Assembly: GCF_050920415.1 (NCBI RefSeq) | Contig: NZ_CP169309.1 | Length of the DNA: 64,000 bases | DNA from: Escherichia coli | GTDB taxonomy: Bacteria > Pseudomonadota > Gammaproteobacteria > Enterobacterales > Enterobacteriaceae | Direction: 5' to 3' (one strand) | Shown: piece by piece, positions 31,871-42,307 of the stretch | Numbering within the stretch: position 1 is the first letter of the stretch | Layout: each line of letters begins with the position of its first letter | The notes under the pieces: generated by a model | The model's input: only the letters and a program-made list of their open reading frames with translations | What the model was told of the DNA's origin: nothing | The model's database searches: none | Translations under genes and position numbers: made by a program

Positions 31871-32319
31871 ACTTTTTTCACCGTTGCTCGTTTCAACCCT
31901 TTCATACGGCGGATAACCACCGATGCTTCTGCCAGTAACCCGGCGCGGGTTTCCATGCTTTCCTGTCCCGGATGGGTATCACGCCGCCCGATGGTGGCGA
32001 ACTCACCCAGCAGATCCGCTTTTGCCCTGGCAAAAACGGCCTTCATATACTGGGCACACAGGCTGTTCAGTCCGCCCATTTTTACGCCTGGTACCTCTGC
32101 CGCCAGCGTGTGGCCTTTCGCTTTCCATCTGACCTCCACGTTTTCCAGCTCCGCATTCACCTCCGCCACTGCCGCAAGTAGCGCCTGGCTGATGGTGTCA
32201 GCGTCAATATCTGGCGGTAGTGACCGCTGCGCCTGAAAATCCTTCAGATTCAGGTCTGGCCAGAATCCGTTATTGGTCAGCGGTTCATCCTGATAATCCA
32301 GCGGCTTTCCGCTAAACAT
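31867..32319 (-). CDS. Head completion/stabilisation protein (gpL-like)
   Basis: About 150-aa product from MFSGKPLDYQ, following the small terminase gene as in P2. Confidence 0.6.
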   Translation of the reverse strand: MFSGKPLDYQDEPLTNNGFWPDLNLKDFQAQRSLPPDIDADTISQALLAAVAEVNAELENVEVRWKAKGHTLAAEVPGVKMGGLNSLCAQYMKAVFARAKADLLGEFATIGRRDTHPGQESMETRAGLLAEASVVIRRMKGLKRATVKKV

Positions 32320-32524
32320 AAATCCCCCGAAAAAGGCGGACTGGCCGGTTTCCACGGCGCAGTTACACACAATGTGTTCTGCCCTCCACCGCGTCCGCCT
32401 GGCTTGCGGTAGTCGTTTACTGCTCAGTATTAAAAGTGTGCGTATGTACACCACTCAGAGAATGGCTATGTGCACCCACGGTATGGGTATGAGCGCCTTG
32501 TAAATGGCTTTCTTTCATTTGTTG

Positions 32525-33229
32525 TTATCCTTGTGTTGTCAATTTTCGGATGCGAGCGGCAATCGTCTGCCGTGCCGTTCTGACGCCAATTTTTGAGTAG
32601 TGCTTTTCTGCAATAGCCAGCAATTGATCGGCCTTTTCCAGCGTTTCAATATCATCCACGCCCGCCGCCGTTTTCTGGCCATCGTCATTGCGTAGTAACT
32701 CCTGACCGGCAAACTTGAACCATTTGGCCGTCACTTGCTCATGCAGTCGCCAGGTGTTTGCCACCCGCTCAAACGTGCGGGTGAAATAAGGCTCCACACT
32801 TTCCCCGCGCCCTGCGGTTTCCTGCGCCCATGCCAGCATCGTATCCGCCACGAAAGTGGGAAAATTGCTGCGTAACCGATCCGGGGTTGCCTGCTGCTGG
32901 CTGATAGCAATGTCAGCCCAGTCCAGCGCCTTATCCAGATCGCCCACGTCAAACAGCCAGATAACACACCAGGCGAAAACCGGATTTGCATACACCTGGC
33001 CACTCTCCAGATAGGCTTCCACAGTGGGAACCCAGCGCGGCAACAGCACATCGCGTTTATACCCGGCGCGATCGGCGATGGTAGGCAGACTTCGAACATG
33101 TTCCACATCCGTTTCCAGCGCCCTGATCAGCAGGTGCATACTTTCCGTGGTTTCCAGTGCCTTGCTGCGTTTCAGCTTTTGTTCCATCGCAATGCGCTGG
33201 CTGTGACGCTGCGCGGGGGAAAGTGCCAT
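32525..33229 (-). CDS. Terminase small/endonuclease subunit (gpM-like)
   Basis: 234-aa ORF after the major capsid gene, as in the P2 O-N-M-L operon. Confidence 0.65.
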   Translation of the reverse strand: MALSPAQRHSQRIAMEQKLKRSKALETTESMHLLIRALETDVEHVRSLPTIADRAGYKRDVLLPRWVPTVEAYLESGQVYANPVFAWCVIWLFDVGDLDKALDWADIAISQQQATPDRLRSNFPTFVADTMLAWAQETAGRGESVEPYFTRTFERVANTWRLHEQVTAKWFKFAGQELLRNDDGQKTAAGVDDIETLEKADQLLAIAEKHYSKIGVRTARQTIAARIRKLTTQG

Positions 33230-33232
33230 TTA

Positions 33233-34270
33233 TCAGCCCTCCACCGGTTCGGAGACTTTGCCGATCGTCACTGCGGATTCATCAATGGCCGCATACAGCT
33301 CCGGCACTTCCACCGCGTAACCTTCATTGCGCAGGTATTTGTTTTCGAACTGCTTACGATCTTCAACAAACTCCGCCTTACGCATACGGGTATTGCGCTG
33401 GGTGTAGATGTGCAGGTTAGAAAGCGGCGTAACCACCATGCGTTTACCCGGCATAAACGGCGGGATAATAGCCGGACGGCCAGCAATGGTACTTCCCAGC
33501 ATCTGCGCCGCGATTTTTTCAGTCGGACGGTCTGCTGCCTGATACAGTCGGTATTGTTCAGCAGCGACCAGATCGGCACCAACCAGGACAACCAGACGCG
33601 GGTCATTACGGAACTGTGCCGGGATTTTGGCGTTAATCAGATCGGACGCCATTGCATCCAGTGATTTGTAATCCCCGGCCTCATCAAGCACCACGGCATC
33701 CGTCATAATCTGATTGCCGCCCAGCAGCGTTTTCATACGCTCATGCCAGCCAACGTTCACATCCTCGCCGTTCGGGTTAGTTTCCGGATCAGTGGTTTTC
33801 GCGCGACTTTTACCGTTAAAACCAATGCGCAACATATCCAGTGCAAAAGCCTGCGTGGTGAATGCCTGCACCAGGTTGTAAAACTCGTTTTCGTCCTTAC
33901 CGGCGTTTGCCCAGACAGAAAGCAGATCCCAGCGCAACGCGGCACAACTGTCTGTTTCAACTAGGGAATAGTCATTACCATCAACGCCTACCTGACGAAT
34001 GAAACGGCCATTTTCGCTGCGGCCGGTATGCAGCACAGAGGAACCGACAGAGATCACCTGGCCACTCAGCTGGTCAACATCCAGACAGGTGATCATGTTC
34101 AGGAACTCGACGGACTCCAGCAGCGCAAGACGCAGCGCATTTTCCTGCGGGTCATTCAGGGAAAAATATCGACTGGTATCACGCGCACCAAACTGCTGCG
34201 CCATCCCCGCCGAATATTTATCCAGTAAATCCCGCGCACGATTATTAAGGTGCATAAAACTCCCTCGCAA
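33233..34270 (-). CDS. Major capsid protein (gpN-like)
   Basis: 345-aa ORF with GFNGKSRAKTTDPETNP and VGWHERM segments resembling P2 gpN as recalled. Confidence 0.75.
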   Translation of the reverse strand: MRGSFMHLNNRARDLLDKYSAGMAQQFGARDTSRYFSLNDPQENALRLALLESVEFLNMITCLDVDQLSGQVISVGSSVLHTGRSENGRFIRQVGVDGNDYSLVETDSCAALRWDLLSVWANAGKDENEFYNLVQAFTTQAFALDMLRIGFNGKSRAKTTDPETNPNGEDVNVGWHERMKTLLGGNQIMTDAVVLDEAGDYKSLDAMASDLINAKIPAQFRNDPRLVVLVGADLVAAEQYRLYQAADRPTEKIAAQMLGSTIAGRPAIIPPFMPGKRMVVTPLSNLHIYTQRNTRMRKAEFVEDRKQFENKYLRNEGYAVEVPELYAAIDESAVTIGKVSEPVEG

Positions 34271-34317
34271 TTAAGCGATTTAAAAATATGTTCTGGACTA
34301 ATCAGCAATAAAGCGAA

Positions 34318-35121
34318 TTACAGGAAATTAAATTTCCCAGCTTTATCTTTAATAGTACGCCCCGGTGTACGGGTGTTTTTATTACCCAGATCGTTAAAGC
34401 GGGTTACGATTTCTTTTGCATTATCGCGAATTGCCGCGAATTCCTGCGTATCCACCACTTCAGCGATTGTGTCAACATCCCCCTGAACGTCATTCAGTTG
34501 AGTTTCAATTTTCGCCACTCGCGCTTCCAGATCGTTCACCACATTGGCAAGCGCCTGTAATTTATCTTCATCCGGGGCAGGATTATCCTGCGGCGTTTCA
34601 TCTTCAAACTTTGGCTTAATACCAAACAGTTTCTGCCAGTTCTTCATTCTTGCTTCCTGTTTAATTTTTCCGTCACGGGAAATTACACAACTGTAATATC
34701 CCTGCTTTGTTAATTTATTGCGCCGACTACTAAAGCGCAGCCGTGTGGTGCCAACGCTGGCAGGTGTATCTGTTACCGCCAGCCCTTTCAGGTAAGTACG
34801 CCCGCTACCGCGCCAGTTTTCTTCCGGCTCAATGGAGAAGAACAAAAGCTGATCTTCATGATTTGCGAAAATCAGACGCATATTCGGGCAAAGGCTGACA
34901 TATAACCGTGCCAGTCCATCTTTACCATCATTCCAGGTGGCTTCCAGCACTTCACCAAAATTCCCGCAATCATCCTCATGTTCTGGCCAGATTAAAGCGA
35001 CATAGTGGCTATAGTCATAGGTTTCCCCCATATCAATGATCCACTGCCGTTTAATTACCCTGCCGTCAACGGTATCCCCTTCAGTAGCAACACACAGCCA
35101 GTCAGTTTTTAAATGTGACAT
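34318..35121 (-). CDS. Capsid scaffolding protein (gpO-like)
   Basis: LKGLAVTDTPAS segment resembling P2 gpO; coiled-coil C-terminus; divergent from the terminase gene. Confidence 0.7.
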   Translation of the reverse strand: MSHLKTDWLCVATEGDTVDGRVIKRQWIIDMGETYDYSHYVALIWPEHEDDCGNFGEVLEATWNDGKDGLARLYVSLCPNMRLIFANHEDQLLFFSIEPEENWRGSGRTYLKGLAVTDTPASVGTTRLRFSSRRNKLTKQGYYSCVISRDGKIKQEARMKNWQKLFGIKPKFEDETPQDNPAPDEDKLQALANVVNDLEARVAKIETQLNDVQGDVDTIAEVVDTQEFAAIRDNAKEIVTRFNDLGNKNTRTPGRTIKDKAGKFNFL

Positions 35122-35282
35122 ATCCCCCCTGTTCCACTCCCTGACGCTGCAAATCAATTATTGCCAAATAAAACCGCCACCGCATTACGCTTTATTCTGA
35201 ACAGTTCGGTTATAACGCTTTACCGAACAGACACGAATTAACACCACCGTTTTTTCATCACAGCCACGGCATAATTATCCGC

Positions 35283-37058
35283 ATGGCTAAATACTCTGAA
35301 GAATTAAAAGGCGTTGTTCGCGCACTTTATCTGCGCCGCTATACGCCAAAGGAAATCGCATCTGAATTAAATCTGCCGAATGCGCGGATCGTTTACTACT
35401 GGGCGGAGAAATATAGCTGGGCGGATTTGCTCAGTTTTGAAAGCACAGAGGAAGCGATTGAACGCCGTTACCAGTTGCTGGCCAGCCGCGATAACAAAAC
35501 CGATCTCGACCTGAAAGAAATGGACATGCTCATTGCTCATGCCACGAAACTGCGTGCGCAGAGTAATAAACATAAAGAGAAAATGGCCAGCGGTCAGAGT
35601 TCCGGGCAAGCAGCTGCGCGGGACAACAATGACGACGAACCGCGCAGCAAACGGAAGTACAAGAAAAACGATATTACCTCGCTGACGCAGGAGGACTTTG
35701 ACGCATGGGCTGAGGAACATCTTTTTGAATATCAGAAACACCTGCGCAATAACATTGGCCAGCTTGTCAGGAACATCCTGAAAAGCCGCCAGATCGGTGC
35801 GACCTGGTATTTTGCGTTTGAAGCGTTTGAAAACGCGGTGATGACCGGCGATCCGCAAATCTTTCTGTCAGCGTCAAAGGCTCAGGCTGAAGTGTTCCGG
35901 TCTTACATCGTGAATATTGCAGAGCAGTATTTCGGTATTACGCTGACCGGTAACCCGATCCGCTTAAGCAACGGCGCAGAACTGCGTTTTCTCTCCACCA
36001 ACAAAAACACCGCCCAGTCCTACAGTGGCCACCTGTACTGTGACGAATATTTCTGGGTACCAAACTTTGCAAAACTTAACGAAGTGGCCAGCGCAATGGC
36101 CACGCATGACAAGTGGCGTACCACCTATTTTTCAACGCCATCGGCAAAAACGCACCAGGCGTACCCGTTCTGGACGGGCGATGAGTGGAAACAGGGCAGT
36201 AAAAAACGTGCGGCCATTAAGTTTCCTTCCTTTAACGAAATGCGTGACGGCGGGCGACTCTGCCCGGATGGGCAATGGCGCTACGTCATTACGATGGAAG
36301 ATGCCATTGCGGGCGGTTTCAACCTGGCGAACATCGAGAAACTTCGCAACCGCTACAACGACGCCACTTTTAACATGCTCTATATGTGCGTGTTCGTTGA
36401 CAGCAAAGATTCCGTTTTCAGCTTTTCCGACCTGGAAGCCTGCGGCGTTGAAATCGACACCTGGCAGGATCACAACCCTGATGCAGCGCGGCCATTCGGT
36501 GACAGACCAGTTTGGGGCGGCTTTGACCCGGCTCGCAGCGGTGATTTGTCCTGTTTTGTCATCATCGCCCCGCCGATGCTCGCCGTGGAGAAGTTCCGCG
36601 TTCTGAAGGTGATTTACTGGAAAGGCATGAACTTCCGGTACCAGGCAAAACAGATCGAGCAGTTGTTTAAAAAATATAACTTCACTTATCTGGGTGTGGA
36701 CGTTACCGGCATTGGCCAGGGTGTTTTTGACAACATTCAGCATTTTGCCATGCGCGTGGCCGTCCCTATTCGTTATGACCTGAACACCAAAAATAAGCTG
36801 GTACTGAAAGCGGTGGACGTGGTGGAAAGCCAGCGTATTGAATGGGATAAAAACCTGAAAGAGATCGCTGCCAGCTTTATGTCTGTGCGCCGAACCACGA
36901 CACAAAGCGGCAACGCCATGACGTTTGTCGCTGACCGTAGCCAGGATACCGGCCATGCGGAGGCATTCTGGGCGATTACCCACGGTCTACATAACGAACC
37001 CCTTAACTATGAAAACAAACCGAAATCCCGCTGGGGTGTAAGGAAAGAGGCAGCATGA
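35283..37058 (+). CDS. Terminase large (ATPase) subunit (gpP-like)
   Basis: 591-aa ORF, same size as P2 gpP; divergent from the O-N-M-L operon. Confidence 0.75.
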   Translation: MAKYSEELKGVVRALYLRRYTPKEIASELNLPNARIVYYWAEKYSWADLLSFESTEEAIERRYQLLASRDNKTDLDLKEMDMLIAHATKLRAQSNKHKEKMASGQSSGQAAARDNNDDEPRSKRKYKKNDITSLTQEDFDAWAEEHLFEYQKHLRNNIGQLVRNILKSRQIGATWYFAFEAFENAVMTGDPQIFLSASKAQAEVFRSYIVNIAEQYFGITLTGNPIRLSNGAELRFLSTNKNTAQSYSGHLYCDEYFWVPNFAKLNEVASAMATHDKWRTTYFSTPSAKTHQAYPFWTGDEWKQGSKKRAAIKFPSFNEMRDGGRLCPDGQWRYVITMEDAIAGGFNLANIEKLRNRYNDATFNMLYMCVFVDSKDSVFSFSDLEACGVEIDTWQDHNPDAARPFGDRPVWGGFDPARSGDLSCFVIIAPPMLAVEKFRVLKVIYWKGMNFRYQAKQIEQLFKKYNFTYLGVDVTGIGQGVFDNIQHFAMRVAVPIRYDLNTKNKLVLKAVDVVESQRIEWDKNLKEIAASFMSVRRTTTQSGNAMTFVADRSQDTGHAEAFWAITHGLHNEPLNYENKPKSRWGVRKEAA

Positions 37059-38116
37059 GTAAAAAGAAACGCTTTGTTAAGCGCGACCAGCGCGGCGACA
37101 AATCAAAAAAGATGAGCATCATCACATTCGGCAAACCTGAACCGGTTCTGACTACTGGCACAGATTACCGTGATATCTGGTACGACAATGCCGCCGATCA
37201 CTTCACCCAGCCGATTGACCGGCTGGCACTCGCGCAACTGATTAATCTTAACGGTCAGCACGGCGGCATCATTCACGCCCGTAAAAACATGATTGTTTCA
37301 GACTATCAGGGGGGCGGGCTTATTCACGACCAGCTGGAAGCGGCAGCGTTTGACTATATAACCTTTGGGGATATTGCGATTGCCAAAATTCGTAACGGCT
37401 GGGGCGACGTGATCGCACTTGAACCCTTGCCCGGCCTGTATATTCGCCGCCGTAAAGTCAGAGATAACGCGCTGGATAAGCCCGGTGACTACGTGGTGTT
37501 ACAGGAAGGGGAACCACAGGTATGGCCAGAAGAAGATATTATCTTCATCAAAATGTATGACCCGCAACAGCATATCTACGGACTGCCGGACTACATCGGC
37601 GGCGTGCATTCCGCGTTACTTAACAGTGAAGCGGTCATTTTCCGACGCCGCTATTACCACAACGGTGCGCACACTGGCGGTATTCTTTATACCCGCGATC
37701 CCAGCATGACGGACGAAATGGAAGAAGAAATTGAACAGCAGCTGCGTGACAGTAAAGGGATCGGTAACTTCTCCACCATCCTGGTAAACATTCCTGGTGG
37801 AGACGGTGACGCCATCAAATTCATTGAAATGGGGGATATTTCCGCGAAGGATGAATTTGCCAACATCAAAAACATCAGCGCCCAGGACATTCTGAACGCG
37901 CACCGTTTCCCTGCTGGCCTCGCCGGTATTGTCCCGCAGAACACTGCCGGACTGGGGGATGTTGAAAAGGCTGAACGCATTTACAAGAAAAGCGAAATTG
38001 CCCCCATCCAGCGCCGTTTCATGATGGCCGTTAACAACGATCCTGAAGTACCAGAAAGGTTGCACCTTAACTTTGATTTAAGTTACACAGAATCAACGGA
38101 TAAGGGTGCGGCATGA
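37055..38116 (+). CDS. Portal protein (gpQ-like)
   Basis: 353-aa ORF translationally coupled to terminase; P2 P then Q order. Confidence 0.75.
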   Translation: MSKKKRFVKRDQRGDKSKKMSIITFGKPEPVLTTGTDYRDIWYDNAADHFTQPIDRLALAQLINLNGQHGGIIHARKNMIVSDYQGGGLIHDQLEAAAFDYITFGDIAIAKIRNGWGDVIALEPLPGLYIRRRKVRDNALDKPGDYVVLQEGEPQVWPEEDIIFIKMYDPQQHIYGLPDYIGGVHSALLNSEAVIFRRRYYHNGAHTGGILYTRDPSMTDEMEEEIEQQLRDSKGIGNFSTILVNIPGGDGDAIKFIEMGDISAKDEFANIKNISAQDILNAHRFPAGLAGIVPQNTAGLGDVEKAERIYKKSEIAPIQRRFMMAVNNDPEVPERLHLNFDLSYTESTDKGAA

Positions 38117-38166
38117 GGCGAAACAGGCTAAAATCCAGGCATCATTTAACAGCTGGAGCATGGAAT

Positions 38167-38436
38167 ATGCGAGTTCTGAAAATCGAATGCCCGGAATGCG
38201 GCTCAAAGGCTGTTATTCGTAAAACAAACAGGAAGCACCGGCAGATTGCTGATATTTACTGCGCCTGTTCAGATGTTGAGTGTGGCCACACGTTTGTTAT
38301 GAATCTGACGTTCTCCCACACTCTCAGCCCCAGCGCTAAAACGGGTGATGCGATGGTGCAAAAAATACTGAATGCACTTTCACCCGATCAGCGCCAGATG
38401 GCATTAGACCTACTGAAAGCGACTCCCGCCGCCTGA
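38167..38436 (+). CDS. Ogr/Delta/B-family zinc-finger late-gene activator
   Basis: CPECG ... CACSDVECGH four-cysteine zinc finger near the N-terminus, start MRVLKIECPECG. Confidence 0.65.
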   Translation: MRVLKIECPECGSKAVIRKTNRKHRQIADIYCACSDVECGHTFVMNLTFSHTLSPSAKTGDAMVQKILNALSPDQRQMALDLLKATPAA

Positions 38437-38735
38437 AATGCCCCCATTCTGGGGGCGTTGCCCTTCCTTTTTAACCATTTCGCGAACCTCTCCCGCAAGC
38501 TCTCCAATCCAGGCCAAAGCAATTGTTTTTTCTCTCTGGTTACTTTCGTAAACATGGGCAATTTTGGCCAATAATTCAATGCGTTCCAGCTGTGCCGACG
38601 CCTCCAAAAGATCCATTTAGCCCCCACAAGCAATAAATAACTGGATATATATACAGTACACCTTAAAGCACGAATTGTGAAACTTAATTTCCTGCCATCT
38701 ACTGACAAATGAATGTGTTACACACACATGCACAC

Positions 38736-40757
38736 CTATAACCACCCCGGCCATAGCTCCTGCAATGGTTCGTTTCGTGTTTCCTTCAACCGCCCATTGC
38801 GGTAAATCAGCGCCCCCTGACCAAATATCAAACCACTACCCCGCAGGAGAATGGCTATTTCTTCATCGGAACCCTCAAAACCCCGACTGCGTAATTCCAG
38901 TTTTAACCGTCTGCGGGTTCCTCCCTCCGTACAGTTATTGACAGAACTCCAAGGGGCGGCGTTGCCGCCAGAAAAACCCGCCTCCGCTGTCGCTTCGGCC
39001 AACTTCGCAACCTTTTGCCACTTAACAAGACGGGTGCAAACTTCTGAATCAGGAACCAAAGGAGAATAAACACCCTGTACGCGCTGCACGTCCTCCGCGT
39101 ATTCGTTGCCCTGTTCCGTAATTTCATAGGCCAGACGAACAACCAGATCACGGCGGGCAACCAGTGCACCGCCCTGCGCCTGGGTATATGCAGCCCAGTC
39201 CCCGACATCAGCAGCGGCCAGAACCGCATCCATTCTGCGATCTGTCAGTACCTGATCCCTCAACCGACGCAGCTCACGCCAGACGGTTACCGGCGCGCCA
39301 CCAATCTGCTGAAACTGGCGAATACGCCAGCGTGAAGCCCACGCGGAAACGGACTTAGCCATATCACGCAGGTTTTCGCCGGTTTCTTCATCCTGTTCAC
39401 CATCCAGCGCAAAACCATCAATATTTTTTGAAATGTATTTCGCGATGTAGCCCGTGGCCGAACCTTTGGCGGGATCGATAGCTTCAACATGAAAACGCGC
39501 CTTCAGCGCCTTTTCAGATTGCAGTTCTTCAGAATCAGTAATTCTGGCGTGATAACAAAGAATATCGCGTACCGTGTCCACGTCCTGCGGACGCATAAAA
39601 AGCAACATATGCCAGTGCGGTGTCCCGTCATGGTGAGGCTCAACAACCCGAAACCCAAAGACATGAATACCCGCACGCGAGATCGCTGCGCGTGCTTTTG
39701 CCCATACGCCACATAAATAGCGCTGAGTATCCTGTGGTGTACTTCCATCCCACTGTGAAACAAAGCCCCCTTTGCTGTGCACCGCATGGAATCGCGATGG
39801 CGCGGTGATGGTGTAAAACTCACCGGCCAGCCCTTCTTCATTGGCCATATCTTCAAATCCTCTCATTCTTACCATTAGTTCACAGCGACGGATCGCCGGA
39901 TTTGCAACGCTGCGGTGCACCATGCTGTCCAGTGCAATGCGCAGCCCTTCATCATTCAGCAGATCAAACTTTTTGAAGAACTCCAGATTCCGCTTTTTCT
40001 GTTCTATCCATTCCTCTAGGGTTTTACGGGATACATAAGCACTGGCCGCTTTTTGTACCTGCCCCACCGCGATGGCCATATGTTCGCGCTGCGTATCACG
40101 CGCACGTTTAAGACGCAGGTACCACCATTCCGGCGCCATCATGCGCAGTATCCCGGATTCCGCCTTACGCGTTTCCAGTTGACCTTCATTGGCCTCATGA
40201 TCAGCCCAGTACGGCGGCTGGTTATTCAACATCAGGCAACACGCACAAAGATGGCGGTATGATTCCAGGGTTCGGCGGTGCAGTTCTCTGGCGTCGTCAG
40301 TGCCGGATTCAAACTGTTCGGTGAAGTCATAAAGTGACTGGGAAATCCAGCCAGATACCTGACCAGCCAGTTTTTTAAGATCAAGACGGTCTAATGACGG
40401 CAAGCGCTCCAGCGACTTACCAAAAGGAAGATCAGCAGCATCAGCGGCCAGAGAGTAACGCGCAGCCACTTTTCGCAGACGAGGCAATACATTCTCGCCA
40501 ATAGTTTTACGCAAGAATGTATTGGCTCGGCGACGCCCGTCACGGCCAGAAAAAAGCTTTTCGTAACGACGGCCAAAATACCCGGCTAACCAGTCGGGTA
40601 TCTCATGAAGGTACTTTGAGCGCCATTCGTAATCCTGCGGGTTAACAGCCCACAGGCGGCGTTCTGTGATAGTCGCGTCTGCCGGTGTGCCTGGTGCGAA
40701 AGTTTCCCGCCTCCAGGCATCAACGGTATAGCATTGTTCATTTATTGCCAGCGTCAT
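38736..40757 (-). CDS. Rolling-circle replication initiator / nickase (P2 gpA-like, HUH endonuclease)
   Basis: 673-aa ORF with HUH motif PHWHMLLF and downstream catalytic tyrosine region (GYIAKYISK). Confidence 0.8.
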   Translation of the reverse strand: MTLAINEQCYTVDAWRRETFAPGTPADATITERRLWAVNPQDYEWRSKYLHEIPDWLAGYFGRRYEKLFSGRDGRRRANTFLRKTIGENVLPRLRKVAARYSLAADAADLPFGKSLERLPSLDRLDLKKLAGQVSGWISQSLYDFTEQFESGTDDARELHRRTLESYRHLCACCLMLNNQPPYWADHEANEGQLETRKAESGILRMMAPEWWYLRLKRARDTQREHMAIAVGQVQKAASAYVSRKTLEEWIEQKKRNLEFFKKFDLLNDEGLRIALDSMVHRSVANPAIRRCELMVRMRGFEDMANEEGLAGEFYTITAPSRFHAVHSKGGFVSQWDGSTPQDTQRYLCGVWAKARAAISRAGIHVFGFRVVEPHHDGTPHWHMLLFMRPQDVDTVRDILCYHARITDSEELQSEKALKARFHVEAIDPAKGSATGYIAKYISKNIDGFALDGEQDEETGENLRDMAKSVSAWASRWRIRQFQQIGGAPVTVWRELRRLRDQVLTDRRMDAVLAAADVGDWAAYTQAQGGALVARRDLVVRLAYEITEQGNEYAEDVQRVQGVYSPLVPDSEVCTRLVKWQKVAKLAEATAEAGFSGGNAAPWSSVNNCTEGGTRRRLKLELRSRGFEGSDEEIAILLRGSGLIFGQGALIYRNGRLKETRNEPLQELWPGWL

Positions 40758-41614
40758 GCGCTGGCCTCAGAAGTCGCCGGTAAAGGCCATTTAAGAATCA
40801 GCTCTGCCGCCGTTTTCGGGCTTGCAGCTGCCGCACCGACACTACGCGGCGCATTAACCTTTACGGCGTCAAACCCTGCATACAGGTAATGCACCATTTC
40901 CAGATCGCTGTTTGACGCGACAACGGGAATCCCACGTTCAGCCAGTCGGCGCAGTTTACGCGCCAGCCGCCCCTGATCCATGTGCGAAAAACCGCGCTCA
41001 TGGTAAGCGGTGAAATTGTCGGCATCAGTCAGATAAGGCGGATCACAGTAAACAACGTCACTCCCGCCCCGAACCAAATCGAGCGTTTCTGAATAGTGGG
41101 CAGTAATGAACGTTGCGCGTTTTGCTTTTTCAGCAAAGGCGCGGATTTCATCAGCGGGGAAATAAGGCTTTTTGTACTTACCGAACGGGACGTTGAACTG
41201 GCCTCGTCGATTGTATCGGCACAGACCATTGAAGCAGTGCCGGTTTAGGTAAAGGAAACGCGCAGCAGCTTCAACGGATTCAGAACCAAAGGATTTACCT
41301 GACTGATTGAAAGCATCACGTACCGCGTAATAGAAAATTGCGCGGCTTTCTTCACCACCTAATGAACCGGCTGTAAACAGGCTCTCCAGTTCATTCAGCA
41401 GCGCATCAGAGTGATACGCCATCGCCTTATAAAGATTAACCAGATCAGGATTCACATCTGCGATCAGATATTCATCATATTCCGTATTCATCATGACGGC
41501 GCAGGAACCTGCGAACGGTTCAACCAGGCGCTTTCCTTCCGGCAAATGGGGACGCAACTGCGGCATAAGGCGGGCTTTGCTGCCCACCCATTTAAGCGGT
41601 GTTTTTATTGCCAT
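40754..41614 (-). CDS. DNA adenine methyltransferase (Dam-like, N6-adenine, DPPY motif)
   Basis: LKWVGSK N-terminal SAM-binding region and DPPY catalytic motif. Confidence 0.85.
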   Translation of the reverse strand: MAIKTPLKWVGSKARLMPQLRPHLPEGKRLVEPFAGSCAVMMNTEYDEYLIADVNPDLVNLYKAMAYHSDALLNELESLFTAGSLGGEESRAIFYYAVRDAFNQSGKSFGSESVEAAARFLYLNRHCFNGLCRYNRRGQFNVPFGKYKKPYFPADEIRAFAEKAKRATFITAHYSETLDLVRGGSDVVYCDPPYLTDADNFTAYHERGFSHMDQGRLARKLRRLAERGIPVVASNSDLEMVHYLYAGFDAVKVNAPRSVGAAAASPKTAAELILKWPLPATSEASA

Positions 41615-41838
41615 GCCGCGCCCCCTTTGCTGCAAATCGCTGCGGCTTCTTCGCGGATTAACTCAACGATTTCCGCTGCGCTTAGACCTTCATTGGCCGC
41701 ATGAGTGGCCAACTTATCCAGACGGGTGGAACACAGATCAGCAGCTGCGGCTTTACCTTCCTGCGTGGCTTTGGTGAGCATGGCCAGCAGGTCAGTGCCT
41801 GATTTTGTTGCGGGTAAATTCTGACGTGTCATGTGCAT
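41605..41838 (-). CDS. Hypothetical phage protein
   Basis: 77-aa ORF coupled to the methylase gene. Confidence 0.4.
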   Translation of the reverse strand: MHMTRQNLPATKSGTDLLAMLTKATQEGKAAAADLCSTRLDKLATHAANEGLSAAEIVELIREEAAAICSKGGAAWQ

Positions 41839-41905
41839 TTTGGTTTCCTTTAGGCAAAAGAATCCCCGGCCACTTGAACCGTGACCAAAAAATTCAGACT
41901 GTTAA

Positions 41906-42307
41906 TTAGTGAAAAGTGGGTTGTGCTGTGGCGGCTGAATAGTTCGGTGCCGGAATCAGGTGCAACTCATAGGTTGTTCGCCACCACTCCTGGATCAGCG
42001 CTTTTATTTCGCCGACACCAAGCGCTCCAGATGTATAGAAAATCGCACGAATCCCCGCCAGCGCTTCTATCTGGGCTTCTTTGCTTTCCGCTTCGCGATA
42101 GACGCAGCACCAGAAGGCGGCATTTGTCGCCAGCCAGTGACGCGGATTCGTCATGTGCTCGGTGTCATTGAAGAAGAACGGATGCAAAGCAATACGGCCA
42201 TCTTTACTGGCGTTTTTCGCTGCAAACGCTACAGCGTAATTATGCGGTACACCCCATGCTGCCAGTTCAGCCCCTAGTGATTTACCTTCAACCGAAATGA
42301 TGGACAT
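41906..42307 (-). CDS. Hypothetical phage protein (early region)
   Basis: 133-aa ORF, co-directional with the early operon. Confidence 0.45.
   Translation of the reverse strand: MSIISVEGKSLGAELAAWGVPHNYAVAFAAKNASKDGRIALHPFFFNDTEHMTNPRHWLATNAAFWCCVYREAESKEAQIEALAGIRAIFYTSGALGVGEIKALIQEWWRTTYELHLIPAPNYSAATAQPTFH

Noticed and set aside
33098-33664. 188-aa plus-strand ORF overlapping the small terminase and capsid genes
   Set aside because: Antisense to two collinear, translationally coupled structural genes.
36132-36983. 283-aa minus-strand ORF inside the terminase large subunit gene
   Set aside because: Antisense shadow ORF within a conserved terminase gene.
38437-38735. P2-type cos site between the Ogr-like gene and gene A
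   Set aside because: Expected here by gene order, but I could not recognise a P2 cos-like 19-nt sequence by inspection, so no feature is reported.
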